A DNA stretch of 64,000 nt, from assembly GCA_963674745.2 (NCBI GenBank), contig CAXXDV010000001.1, forward strand, positions 1,312,001 to 1,376,000. The letters run 5' to 3'. This document shows, one piece after another, positions 1 to 10,773 of this stretch (its first letter is position 1; every line of letters starts with the position of its first letter). The position numbers and the translations under genes are program-made. Under the pieces are notes generated by a model, which was given only the letters and a program-made list of their open reading frames with translations, made no database searches and was not told the DNA's origin. This DNA comes from Desulfosudaceae bacterium (lineage in GTDB: Bacteria > Desulfobacterota > Desulfobacteria > Desulfobacterales > Desulfosudaceae).

Positions 1-180
1 GATGTCCGTGCCTTCGGTTTCAATGCCGCGGATACGGACCGGCAGAATGTCGACCGAATGAAAAATTTCAGCCGGCACGTAAGAGCAGGTATAGCCGACG
101 GTTTTTTTTCCGGACGCCCGCCAGTCCTGAATGGTCCGGTTATAAAGAGTGGTTGTGGCCTCGTAAAAAAGATCAGTCAT
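1..180 (-). CDS. 2-hydroxyacyl-CoA dehydratase subunit (HgdB/BcrC-like), N-terminal part; runs off window edge
   Basis: Manual translation from ATG at 180: MTDLFYEATTTLYNRTIQDWRASGKKTVGYTCSYVPAEIFHSVDILPVRIRG; GYTCSYVPAEI parallels GIFCSYVPEEI of the subunit at 26080; start overlaps the stop of the upstream gene. Confidence 0.8.
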   Translation of the reverse strand, partial: MTDLFYEATTTLYNRTIQDWRASGKKTVGYTCSYVPAEIFHSVDILPVRIRGIETEGTDI

Positions 181-1675
181 GTTGCTCAGCCTCCCCGTTT
201 TTTAATAATAAAGCAGCCAGCATGTGCCGCGCGCTTTCCGCTGCATCTTCAAACTCGTCATCATCGACCGCCAGGGCCTTGATGAACCCTTTTGTCAGTG
301 GTGGAACCATGGCCCGGGCCAGGGGACGCAAGGCCTCACCGACGATTTCGCCCGCATTTTCCAGGAAAGCGGAAACTTCATATGTGTCCAGGGCGTCCAT
401 CAGGGACGTGATTTTATCCCGGAGCACTTCCGGCCGGTCTTCGAACATCCGGTTGGCCAGCAGGACGGTGGCGTTGATGATGTTGGCCCCTTCCTGAAGG
501 TCCAGACCGGCCAGCGACTGGGCCAGGGCCTCATTGATTTTTTCGGTATCCAGCGACTCCAGCGTTTCCAGCCGGTGGCCGAGGGTCCGAAAACGGGCAT
601 TATGGACGGCGCTTTTTGTGGACAGGCTGCCGGCCAGCAGTTCCGGATGGTCGGCCAGAACATTCGTCAGGGCCCGGCCGGCTTGTTCTTTTATTTCTGC
701 GACGGCGGTTCGGGATTTCCAGAACACCTCACCGTTGATTGTGCTGAAAACGGATTCAAGCAGGACCGACACATCGTTGGGCAACTGCGGGGCGCCCGGT
801 TCGCCAATCAGTGCGCTGCCGACATGAAACCGGCGGACCATTTCGGCCAGTTCGTTGACCAGGCGGCCGACCGTGTCCGCGTCGGTTTCCCTTAACACCG
901 AGAGAATAACGTCGGCCACCAGATCCGGTGATCCTTTTTCGTTAAACATACCGACAGCTTGAGCCAATGCGTCAACGGCGATGTTGCCAAGAGACGGTAC
1001 CAGCGCCAGAAAGGAAATCACCTTGCCGGGATAATGCCACATGGTCGTGTTGATCATGTGAACCACAGCGGAGATCGAGGGTATTCCTGTCTCCAGAGCT
1101 TCTTTTACTTCACCGAAGTCCAGGCTGGTGATCCACTTTTCGAAGGCCGGCGCCAGGGCCCTGGACAGAAAATCGGGCTCGTTTTTATGAACATCATTGA
1201 TGGTTCGACAGAAGACGGTTAAAAGTTCAGCGCTTTTTCCGGTTGAAAGATCCCGGACGATGGTTTCAACCAGCCTTTTTTTGGCCGCCACATCCAATTT
1301 CCGGATTTCTTCGGCGCCATTGACCAAAAGGGACAGAAGACCGTTCAGCAGCAGGCCGGTATGGGCGGAAGCCCGGCTGGTGAACGCCTCGTCTGATGCC
1401 AGGGAATGCAGGGCCGGTGCTTCGTCCAGCCCTTTTTCGTCCAGCATGGCGTTTTTTATGCTGTTGCCGGCTGCACTGGCAACGCCTTTGCGGAACACGC
1501 TTCGGGCCGGACCCGCCCCGGTGCCGCTGACCGCCCACAGGCGGATCAGTTCGGGAAGGAGGTTTCCGGCCAACTGGCGCATTTCTTTTGTGTTGCTGAT
1601 CTGTTCCAGGACTTCCCGGAAGGCCGGTGCATCCGACAAGATCTCCTTCGAGCCGATATGGTGTTGTTTCGACAT
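173..1675 (-). CDS. Hypothetical, predicted all-helical protein (~500 aa)
   Basis: Long ORF; likely start ATG 1675 (MSKQ) behind a GGGAG RBS, just after the GntR stop; amphipathic Leu/Ala/Glu-rich sequence with no motif recognised. Confidence 0.75.
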   Translation of the reverse strand: MSKQHHIGSKEILSDAPAFREVLEQISNTKEMRQLAGNLLPELIRLWAVSGTGAGPARSVFRKGVASAAGNSIKNAMLDEKGLDEAPALHSLASDEAFTSRASAHTGLLLNGLLSLLVNGAEEIRKLDVAAKKRLVETIVRDLSTGKSAELLTVFCRTINDVHKNEPDFLSRALAPAFEKWITSLDFGEVKEALETGIPSISAVVHMINTTMWHYPGKVISFLALVPSLGNIAVDALAQAVGMFNEKGSPDLVADVILSVLRETDADTVGRLVNELAEMVRRFHVGSALIGEPGAPQLPNDVSVLLESVFSTINGEVFWKSRTAVAEIKEQAGRALTNVLADHPELLAGSLSTKSAVHNARFRTLGHRLETLESLDTEKINEALAQSLAGLDLQEGANIINATVLLANRMFEDRPEVLRDKITSLMDALDTYEVSAFLENAGEIVGEALRPLARAMVPPLTKGFIKALAVDDDEFEDAAESARHMLAALLLKNGEAEQHD

Positions 1676-1676
1676 G

Positions 1677-2429
1677 TTATAATGACTCCCGGTTTTCAAG
1701 TGGGTTGACGATGGATTTTTTTTCTTTGCCGGCGGTAATCGAGGGGTCTTTCATACGCTGGTTGATCAGATCTCGACCGGCATCCAGCGTTTTTAAGGCC
1801 ACTTCTTTTTCCTTGGTTAGGTATTCGTTCACCGTTTCAACCGCCATTTCCCGGTTACCCTGCTGTAGATAAGCGTTTCCCCGTTCCACGATTTGCAGGT
1901 TTTCATAAAGACTCTCGCTGCGCAGGGTAAAGGTCAGATATTGCATGCGGCGGACACTCGGCAACAGATCTAAAATCATTTCTTCCAGCAGCGGATTTCT
2001 GGCCGCCTTTAAGCAATTCAGGCTGAAATCAAAAAAGGAGGTGTAGTAGGCATGAATATCTTTGCGACGAACGGCATCGGCCGCATTGAGCACGGTCTGG
2101 TTTATTTTTTTTAAATCTTCGGGGGTGCTCTTTTCGGTGCATTCCTTTGCCGCCAGCATGATCAGGGCGCAGGTAATGTTATATAGAGAACTGATATACG
2201 CTTTGGAAAGGCCGGTGACCTTGCTTCCTTTTCGCGGCGTCTGCTCTACCAGACGTTGCTTTTCCAACATCTTCAGCGCTTCGCGAACCGGACTTCGGCT
2301 GACCTGAAGCTCGGCAGCCAGTTGGGCCTCGCGGATGCTTTCACCCGGCTTCAGCTCAAAGCGGATGATTTTTTCCCGAATATGCTCGGCAATCTGTTCC
2401 GGCAAACTTTGTGCGGCGATGAATGTCAC
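1677..2429 (-). CDS. GntR family (FadR/FCD) transcriptional regulator
   Basis: HTH ELKPGESIREAQLAAELQVSRSPVREAL plus C-terminal ARNPLL of the FCD domain. Confidence 0.9.
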   Translation of the reverse strand: MTFIAAQSLPEQIAEHIREKIIRFELKPGESIREAQLAAELQVSRSPVREALKMLEKQRLVEQTPRKGSKVTGLSKAYISSLYNITCALIMLAAKECTEKSTPEDLKKINQTVLNAADAVRRKDIHAYYTSFFDFSLNCLKAARNPLLEEMILDLLPSVRRMQYLTFTLRSESLYENLQIVERGNAYLQQGNREMAVETVNEYLTKEKEVALKTLDAGRDLINQRMKDPSITAGKEKKSIVNPLENRESL

Positions 2430-2471
2430 AACCAGACCTTTTTTGATTAAGCCGAATACGCCAATAGTCGA

Positions 2472-2511
2472 TTGTCGACAAAATACCGTTCCGCGCCTCG
2501 CTTGTCAACAA
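2472..2511 (-). promoter_or_regulatory. sigma70 promoter of the gntR operon with overlapping GntR-type operators
   Basis: Minus strand TTGACA(2508-2503)-17 nt-TATTTT(2485-2480); palindrome TTGTCGACAA 2472-2481 and near-copy TTGTCAACAA 2502-2511. Confidence 0.65.
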
Positions 2512-2636
2512 AAAAGTGAAAAGTAAAACTTTTATAATAAAAAAAAGGAAATTCTGAGGATAACGGGTTTTTAAAAAGCCTTTAATTTGGGCTTAATGAT
2601 TTTCCGGAAGAACAGAAACGGGTTGTTATGGGTGAC

Positions 2637-3362
2637 TTATTTGTTGGCGGGATCGGGATCAAAAACATAGCCCACCGCCCTTAAACTTCTGAAATGTTTT
2701 GGCCTTTTTGGGTTTTTTTCAAAATACTTGCGCAGCCGGACAATAAAGTTGTCAACCGTGCGGGTCGAGGTGTTACCGGTGTACCCCCAGCCGATTTCAA
2801 GCAGTTTTTTTCGGGATAAAGGTTTGTTGATGTTGGAAAAAAAAAGCTTTAGCAGCAGGGCCTCCTGCTCGGTAAGGGTGATTGTCCCCTGGCGGCACTC
2901 GGCCTGAAGGGTTTCAAAGTTAATGGTGTTACCACAGAAGGAATAAACAGGCGGAACGGCAACTTCCGTCGTCTGCTTGCTCCATGAGGCCCGGGTCAGC
3001 AGCCGTTCCACCCGGAGCAGGAACTCCTCCAGGTCAAAAGGCTTGGTCAGGTAATCGTCCACACCACAGGAAAGCCCTTTGATTTTGTCGGCCGGTTCGG
3101 TTTTGGCGGTTAAAATCAAAACCGGCAGTTTTTCGTCTTCCAGGCGGATGCGCTGTAACAGGGAAAAACCGTCGATTCCCGGCAGCATGACATCGAGCAC
3201 AATCAGGTCCGGGTGTTCGGTTTTCCATTTTTCCAGACCGGACAGGCCATCCTCGGCCCAGGATACGTCATATCCTTTCAAGGACAAATTGAGCTTCAAC
3301 CCCTCGGCAATATGGCCTTCATCCTCGATTATTAGCACGCGCAAAGATGATGATTTGTTCAT
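2637..3362 (-). CDS. OmpR/PhoB family DNA-binding response regulator
   Basis: IEDE, LDVMLPG, KPF receiver motifs; winged-helix TRTVDNFIVRLRK...VGY. Confidence 0.95.
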   Translation of the reverse strand: MNKSSSLRVLIIEDEGHIAEGLKLNLSLKGYDVSWAEDGLSGLEKWKTEHPDLIVLDVMLPGIDGFSLLQRIRLEDEKLPVLILTAKTEPADKIKGLSCGVDDYLTKPFDLEEFLLRVERLLTRASWSKQTTEVAVPPVYSFCGNTINFETLQAECRQGTITLTEQEALLLKLFFSNINKPLSRKKLLEIGWGYTGNTSTRTVDNFIVRLRKYFEKNPKRPKHFRSLRAVGYVFDPDPANK

Positions 3363-4345
3363 TGGTTTTCCATGTTGACAGGTTGTTTGGTTGTGGGGCT
3401 GGATGGAAGCAGCAGCTTAAAAACCGTGCCCGGCCCGTCCTTTCTGGCTTCCACCCGGATGGTTCCCTTGTGAAGATTGACAATACTGGCGACAAGATAA
3501 AGGCCCAGGCCGCTGCCTTTGGCCGAACAGTCCTGGGCATTGCCGGCCTGATAAAACTTTTTGAAAATCTGTTTCCGGTCGGCTTTGGTAACACCAATGC
3601 CGTTGTCTATAAAACGGACCAGACAGTTTTTGCGGTGTTTTTCAAAAACAATGTCTATTCCGGGAGGATCGGCAGTATTGTATTTGACGGCATTGGTCAG
3701 CAGATTCATCAACAGCATTTCAAACAAAACCGGACTGATCCGGCAGCAGCAGGGTGAGCCGGCCCGGTTTTCAACGGTAATGGCCGCATTTTTGAACATG
3801 TGGCGGTTGTTCTCAATAAACCGTTCCGTCACTGCGGCAATATCATCTTCAACAAATTCGCCGGCAAAGGTTTTGCCTTGAATCTCAGCCAGATTCAGGA
3901 TGCTGTTAATGGTGGTCGAAAGCCGGTTGACATCTTCGACCATGGAATGAAGGTACTTGACCTGCTCCTCCCGCTTTAAGTCGTGTCGTAAAAAGGTCTC
4001 CAGAAAAAGCCGCAGGGACGTGACCGGTGTTTTTAATTCATGGGTAAAATTATCGATAAAGTTACGCTGCATGCGAAACAGACGATATGATTTCATGTTG
4101 TAGAAAAAAATGACGGCAATGCCGATCAGAATCAGGCCCACCAGAATTGACAGTACGGTGATGACCACCCAGGTGTGTGCGGCAGCGACATCTGTCTGGG
4201 CGATGTTAAAGCGCAGCATCAGGTCTTTCAAGCCCGCCCGGACCTTGATGTACCAGTAAATATACAGCGACAGGGATATCCCCAGTGCGATGCAGGAAAA
4301 GACAAAAACAGAAATGGAAAAAAGAAGCCAGCGGGTCCGGTTCAT
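3359..4345 (-). CDS. Membrane sensor histidine kinase
   Basis: Two TM segments, H-box THELKTP, N-box NLLTNAVKY, DNGIG, GSGLGL; overlaps the response regulator start. Confidence 0.95.
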   Translation of the reverse strand: MNRTRWLLFSISVFVFSCIALGISLSLYIYWYIKVRAGLKDLMLRFNIAQTDVAAAHTWVVITVLSILVGLILIGIAVIFFYNMKSYRLFRMQRNFIDNFTHELKTPVTSLRLFLETFLRHDLKREEQVKYLHSMVEDVNRLSTTINSILNLAEIQGKTFAGEFVEDDIAAVTERFIENNRHMFKNAAITVENRAGSPCCCRISPVLFEMLLMNLLTNAVKYNTADPPGIDIVFEKHRKNCLVRFIDNGIGVTKADRKQIFKKFYQAGNAQDCSAKGSGLGLYLVASIVNLHKGTIRVEARKDGPGTVFKLLLPSSPTTKQPVNMENQ

Positions 4346-4576
4346 AGCAAATGCCCCAATCGTTGAGTACGGCCAACCATACCGTAATTGATAGTAAAAA
4401 GCCAGCCGTTAGCGCCACCAGCCAGATAAAGAAGCAGAACCCAACCGACCCTCAAGCGGAACGAGTATAGCGTTTTCAATGATGGGCTTGACAATCTTTT
4501 TTTGAACACGTTACAAACCAAAAAGAAGTTTTGCGGAGTAAACAGACAGCATAATTTTTCGCAGACTGGAGGTCAT

Positions 4577-4975
4577 ATGCTGAAAACAAAAACGGCTAAA
4601 GCCGTCATTTTTTTTATTACCAGCCTGCTATTTTTTTTGGTCGTTCCCTGTTTGGCTCGGGATGATTCCCCTTAGGCGGCCGAAAAGCTGATGCGGTTTC
4701 AGATAGAATCCTTGAAAAACAGCGATTATCAGAAGTTTATTGAACATGGAAACACGGCGTTTAAAACAGTTATGGATGAATATTCGTTTGACGTTCTGGT
4801 AATGCAGCGAAAAAACAAAATTGCCCGGGGTTATCGCCTTGAATATCTTGGTGCAATAAGAACCATCGGCATGTTCACTCATTTGTGGACGGTACATATT
4901 AAGGATGATAAGTATCAGTTCTTGGGAAAGTTGAGTGTTTCGCACGGAAAAGTCGTCGGATTTGATTTGGAGTAA
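4577..4975 (+). pseudogene. Secreted hypothetical protein interrupted by in-frame TAG at 4673-4675
   Basis: GGAGG RBS, ATG 4577, signal-peptide-like MLKTKTAKAVIFFITSLLFFLVVPCLA, TAG at codon 33, same frame continues into ORF 4691..4975. Confidence 0.6.
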
Positions 4976-4981
4976 CAGAAA

Positions 4982-5437
4982 ATGCCATACTCCCTGAAGT
5001 TTTCAACCCGTTTAGCGGCATCAAAACAAGACGTTTGGGAGTGGATAACCTCTCTTGACGGCATATCCAGGGAAATGGCACCGTATATGCGCATGACCGC
5101 GCCCAAAGGCATGACCAGTATCAATTCTTTAGCGTTTCAGCCCGGTCAACGGATGTTCCGGAGCTGGATACTGCTTTTCGGCTTGATCCCTTTTGATTTT
5201 TCGGACCTGACCCTCGAAAGCCTTGATAAGGGCGAAGGGCTTGTCGAGCAGTCGCCCATGGGCAGCATGCGTCTCTGGCGTCATGAGCGGCGCCTGGCTT
5301 CTGTTGAAGGCGGATGCGAGCTGACGGATAAGCTGACCTTTGAACCCAGATTTGCGGGCTGGCTGACGTTCCGCATCATCCGGGCCTTTTTCCGCCACCG
5401 GCATCGCAACCTGGGGCGCTATCTGGGCAAATTATAA
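4982..5437 (+). CDS. SRPBCC/Bet v1-like ligand-binding hypothetical protein
   Basis: ASKQDVWEW...MRLWRHERRL...CELTDKLTF...FFRHRHRNL pattern typical of the SRPBCC fold. Confidence 0.65.
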   Translation: MPYSLKFSTRLAASKQDVWEWITSLDGISREMAPYMRMTAPKGMTSINSLAFQPGQRMFRSWILLFGLIPFDFSDLTLESLDKGEGLVEQSPMGSMRLWRHERRLASVEGGCELTDKLTFEPRFAGWLTFRIIRAFFRHRHRNLGRYLGKL

Positions 5438-5481
5438 GGGAGATGGAAGGCTGAACAGTCTTTCCAATAACCCAAAACAAT

Positions 5482-5623
5482 CGTCATTCCCGGTTCCGCA
5501 GACTGTGGTCAATCCGTTATCTGGGTGAAACAGAACGAAAACGGGTGCCACGGGCGAAGCGACAGCTTGCCCGTGTTTAAGGGCGACCAGCCGGTCGCCC
5601 CTACAGGGCGAGCCGGGATGACG
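5482..5623. repeat. Composite REP-like palindromic element between convergent genes
   Basis: Outer inverted repeat CGTCATTCCCGG...CCGGGATGACG enclosing hairpins CACGGGCGAAGC-GACA-GCTTGCCCGTG and GGGCGACC-AGCC-GGTCGCCC-CTAC (GTAG foot on minus strand). Confidence 0.65.
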
Positions 5624-5641
5624 CGTTGAGAGACAGGTTGT

Positions 5642-6829
5642 TCAGCCCCCCAGGGTATTGTCGGCCCTGAAAATTTTTATGTTTTTCAGGCTTTTGGGGA
5701 TGTCTTTGACAGTGCCTTTGGCCGCGATGAAATCGGCCGGTAAGCCCGGAGCCAGCGTTCCCGGGGCGTCTAACTTCAAAAGCGCGGCCCCATTAGAGGT
5801 GCCGCACTTGATGGCCTGCTCTACCGAATAACCCGCTTCCAGCAGCAGGCCCAACTCCGCAACAACGCTGTCACCGTGAAACACACCCGGGCTGCCCGCG
5901 TCGGTTCCCAGTGCGATGGTCACGCCGATTTTTCTGGCAAAAGCGATTTGCTCCATCTGGCTTTCCAGGTTAAGGGCGGCCACTTTTCCGCCTTCCCGCT
6001 CCATTCTGGCAAAGGCCTGCATGGTACATGCGGTTGGAATCCAGCAGACCCCTTTTTCCGCCATCCGTTCCAGGTTGTCACAACCCATGAAAAAACCGTG
6101 CTCAATAGAATCTACGCCGGCTTCGACCGCTTCTTTAACTGGAATTTCCCCATTAGCGTGAACCATGACCGCCTGCTTTTTCTTCCGGGCCAGGCGAACG
6201 ATGGCTTTTAATTCATCCGGTTGAAACTGGGGCTTGGTCGTCTGCCCGAATACTTTTAAGCTGTTAATACCGGAATTGATGATTTTTACATGATCGGCGG
6301 ATTCCGTGTTCCGGCTGACGGCGTCCATCAGCCGGTTGCTGTTTATCGCGGTGCCGCCGACAATTTTTCCGTAACGTCCCGGCTTGTAAAAAGCCCGGCC
6401 CGCGGTTTTGACACAAAGCCCGGCCCCGGTGCCGGCAAGGTTTTCTTTTTTATAGCGGACAGCATGCGCACCGGCGTCTCCGCCGTCCCGGACAGCCATC
6501 ACACCGTTCTGGATGTGGCGCTCGACATGACGGCTGATAAACGGTTTGATGGTTTTATAGTCAGCCGTAAACAGGTCAGCGCGGGCTTCATCGGCAACAT
6601 CGGCACACATGAAAAGATGGACATGGCTGTCGACAAAGCCGGGTAAAACCGTATAATCACCCAGGTCAACCAGGGGCAGGTCCGTTTTCGGCAGAACCCC
6701 GGAAATGGACGCGATTTTTCCGTTTTCAACGAGCAAAAAGACGTTTATCCGGACCGGATTCCCGGTGCCGTTGATCAGCGAGCCGGCCTTGACGATGGCG
6801 TTGTTTATATAATTAAGAGAAGATGTCAT
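5642..6829 (-). CDS. Amidohydrolase family protein
   Basis: PGFVDSHVH metal motif, MVHANG, SIEHG, LGTDAG. Confidence 0.9.
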   Translation of the reverse strand: MTSSLNYINNAIVKAGSLINGTGNPVRINVFLLVENGKIASISGVLPKTDLPLVDLGDYTVLPGFVDSHVHLFMCADVADEARADLFTADYKTIKPFISRHVERHIQNGVMAVRDGGDAGAHAVRYKKENLAGTGAGLCVKTAGRAFYKPGRYGKIVGGTAINSNRLMDAVSRNTESADHVKIINSGINSLKVFGQTTKPQFQPDELKAIVRLARKKKQAVMVHANGEIPVKEAVEAGVDSIEHGFFMGCDNLERMAEKGVCWIPTACTMQAFARMEREGGKVAALNLESQMEQIAFARKIGVTIALGTDAGSPGVFHGDSVVAELGLLLEAGYSVEQAIKCGTSNGAALLKLDAPGTLAPGLPADFIAAKGTVKDIPKSLKNIKIFRADNTLGG

Positions 6830-6869
6830 TGTGCTTTTTTTCGTTTATTCGTTACATTGATGATAAAAA

Positions 6870-7046
6870 GGATTCTAGGATTCAAGGGGTCAAGGCCCAG
6901 AAGCTCGGACAGCGTTGCATTTACCGCGGCTGATTTTATTAACGCTGTTCGCGAAACTAAGGGTAACCGCTTAAAAGCGGTTTTTATAAAAAACCTTACG
7001 AAAAAACCCTTCACTTGACCCCTTGGCCCCTCGGCCCCTTGAACCC
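6870..7046. repeat. Inverted arrays of 8-bp repeats (GGRKTCRA-like) flanking ~115 bp
   Basis: GGATTCTA-GGATTCAA-GGGGTCAA at 6870-6893; complementary array at 7012-7046 (minus: GGGTTCAA GGGGCCGA GGGGCCAA GGGGTCAA). Confidence 0.7.
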
Positions 7047-7066
7047 TTTTGTTGTTATACCTGCGA

Positions 7067-8335
7067 CTAACCTTGATTTGTATCTTCTGGTTTACTGAGT
7101 ATCTGTCGCCTGAGCATTTCCAGCGCCGCGAAGGCGAAAATGCGCTTGTTCATGGAGCGGTTCTGAAAAGAAAGGGTCAGTTTTCTGGCCACCGCCTGCC
7201 GTGAACAGGCCAGTCCGATACAGACCGTGCCGACCGGTTTGTCAGGGGTACCACCGTCGGGACCGGCAATACCGCTGGTGGCCAGCCCGTAATTTGCCTT
7301 GGCCAGGCGACGGACATTTTCGGCCATGTCCCGGGCGGTTTCTTCGGATACCGCGCCATGTTTGATAAGTGTTTCTTCAGCAATACCCAGCACGGCGGTT
7401 TTAGCCGCATTGGCATAGGTCACGGCTGAGAGCAGAAAATAATCTGAACTGCCGCTATTGTTGGTCAGAAGGTTTCCTATCAGTCCGCCGGTACAGCTTT
7501 CCGCCACGGCCACGGTTTGCCTTTTTTCCGCCAGCAGGCGCCCCACTTCAGCCGGAAGCGAAAGCCCCTGATCTGAAAAGACACAATCCCCGATTGTCTG
7601 CTTCGCCCAGTCAGCGGCCTGTTCCACCAGCGTCAAGGCGGTGTTTTTGTCCGCATGGCGGGTTGAAACGGTGACAAAAATTTCCGGAAATGAAACACGA
7701 ATGCCGTAACGGACCCGGGGGAATTTTTCCGGCAGCGCGTTCATCATTCGTCCGACTTCGGATTCGGGCAGACCGAATATGGAAAGGGTTTTTGCGACCG
7801 CGCAAGCCGGGCCGTCTACGCGGCGGGAGTCGATATCCGGCAAAACGGATTCGACCAGCATGATTTCCATTTCAAATGGAACGCCCGGCATGACATAAAC
7901 CCGGGAATCACTTATATCCAGGAAGAAGCCCGGGGCCGAGCCGACAGGGTTGGGAATACAGACGGCCTTTTCCGGAAGCAAGGCCTGTTTTGGGTCCGTT
8001 TCCCGCATGGTGACGCCGCGTTCGTTGAAAAAACGTTCAAGCGAGGCATAGGCCGTTTTGTCGGAACGCAAACCGACGCCTGCCGCCTGCGCTACCGCTT
8101 CGGTGGTCAGGTCGTCTCCGGTTGGTCCCAGCCCGCCGGTGACCAGAATGATATCGGCCCGGGCAACCATTTCTTTAAGAGCAGTCGTTATTTCTTGAAT
8201 ATTGTCGCCCACGCAAGTGTGACGCCTGACTTCGATACCCGCCTGCTCCAGCAACCTTGCGATAAAAGCGGAGTTGCTGTCGACGATGGTTCCCGTCAGC
8301 ACTTCATTTCCGGTGGCCAGGACTTCAGCTATCAT
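7067..8335 (-). CDS. cinA: CinA protein (MoCF-like domain + NMN deamidase PncC domain)
   Basis: TGNEVLTGTIVDSN, GGLGPTGDDLT, AESCTGG, SGIAGPDGG. Confidence 0.95.
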   Translation of the reverse strand: MIAEVLATGNEVLTGTIVDSNSAFIARLLEQAGIEVRRHTCVGDNIQEITTALKEMVARADIILVTGGLGPTGDDLTTEAVAQAAGVGLRSDKTAYASLERFFNERGVTMRETDPKQALLPEKAVCIPNPVGSAPGFFLDISDSRVYVMPGVPFEMEIMLVESVLPDIDSRRVDGPACAVAKTLSIFGLPESEVGRMMNALPEKFPRVRYGIRVSFPEIFVTVSTRHADKNTALTLVEQAADWAKQTIGDCVFSDQGLSLPAEVGRLLAEKRQTVAVAESCTGGLIGNLLTNNSGSSDYFLLSAVTYANAAKTAVLGIAEETLIKHGAVSEETARDMAENVRRLAKANYGLATSGIAGPDGGTPDKPVGTVCIGLACSRQAVARKLTLSFQNRSMNKRIFAFAALEMLRRQILSKPEDTNQG

Positions 8336-8422
8336 AAGGAATGAACCTGAATTTTGTTATTGACATCGGTTTTTTCTTACCATATTAAAAAGAAGAGCGA
8401 AATTGTTTTTATGGTAATTTTT

Positions 8423-8515
8423 ATGAATATTCAACAGACAAAAGAAAGCAGTAAACGGTTTAACGGCAACTGGTGGTGGCAGTCCTGGCGCTTGGGGTCT
8501 GCCGACGGAGTGTGA
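8423..8515 (+). CDS. trpL: trp operon leader peptide (30 aa, WWWQSW)
   Basis: MNIQQTKESSKRFNGNWWWQSWRLGSADGV*; three consecutive TGG at 8471-8479 directly upstream of trpE; alternative in-frame ATG at 8411. Confidence 0.85.
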   Translation: MNIQQTKESSKRFNGNWWWQSWRLGSADGV

Positions 8516-8630
8516 TCTGCCGAAAAAACAAAAATAGATAAAACATAAACCGTGGGCAAACCAAAAAAGTCCGCGGTTTTTTTTTGATAAAGGCCACGGA
8601 CAACCAAGGTGTTCGTGGCCTTTTCTATTT
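8494..8630 (+). promoter_or_regulatory. trp transcriptional attenuator with antiterminator and two terminator-like hairpins
   Basis: GGTCTGCCGACGG can pair with CCGTGGGCAAACC; alternative hairpin AAACCGTGGGC...GTCCGCGGTTT plus T-run (8547-8585); second hairpin AAGGCCACGGAC...GTTCGTGGCCTTTT (8590-8624). Confidence 0.75.
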
Positions 8631-8644
8631 AATAAGGAGGGATA

Positions 8645-10153
<1,509 letters not shown>

Positions 10154-10186
10154 CCGGAACGGGAAACATTTTTCAGGGAGGTCGAC

Positions 10187-10768
10187 ATGATCCTTATGAT
10201 AGACAATTATGATTCGTTTACTTATAATCTTGTGCAATATTTGCGGATGCTGTCCGCCGAGGTCGTGGTTGTCAGAAATGACACCCGAACGGTGGCTGAA
10301 GCCTGTGCCATGAAGCCGTCTCACGTGGTTATTTCTCCCGGTCCGGGTCGGCCTTCGCAGGCGGGGATTTCCATGGAACTGATCCGGACACTGTCCGGTA
10401 AAGTGCCGATCCTCGGTGTCTGCCTGGGGCATCAGGCGATAGCCGAGGCTTTCGGGGGGGTGGTCGGGTCGGCAAAAACGCTTATGCACGGAAAAACATC
10501 ATCCATTACGACGGACGGAAAAACGATTTTTGAAAAAATACCGTCGCCGTTTGAGGCCATGCGTTATCATTCTTTGGCTGTAGAGAGAAAAAGCGTGCCC
10601 GAATGCCTGGAAATCAGCGCTGAAACCCGGGACGGTGAAATTATGGGTTTACGGCACATATCGCATCTGACCGAAGGTATCCAGTTTCATCCGGAGTCGA
10701 TCATGACACCCAAGGGAAAAAGAATTCTGAAAAATTTTCTGAGAATGGGAGACAACCCGGCCGTATGA
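10187..10768 (+). CDS. trpG: Anthranilate synthase component II (glutamine amidotransferase)
   Basis: IDNYDSFTYNL, SPGPG, GVCLGHQ, RYHSL, QFHPES. Confidence 0.96.
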   Translation: MILMIDNYDSFTYNLVQYLRMLSAEVVVVRNDTRTVAEACAMKPSHVVISPGPGRPSQAGISMELIRTLSGKVPILGVCLGHQAIAEAFGGVVGSAKTLMHGKTSSITTDGKTIFEKIPSPFEAMRYHSLAVERKSVPECLEISAETRDGEIMGLRHISHLTEGIQFHPESIMTPKGKRILKNFLRMGDNPAV

Positions 10769-10773
10769 GAAAA

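Noticed and set aside
4342..4480. Hydrophobic reading frame upstream of the sensor kinase
   Set aside because: No clear start or RBS and out of frame with the kinase
6826..7014. 62-aa ORF between cinA and the amidohydrolase
   Set aside because: Largely composed of the octamer repeat element; no convincing RBS
8360..8388. TTGACA as the trp promoter -35
   Set aside because: Plausible, but no good -10 at canonical spacing, so not called
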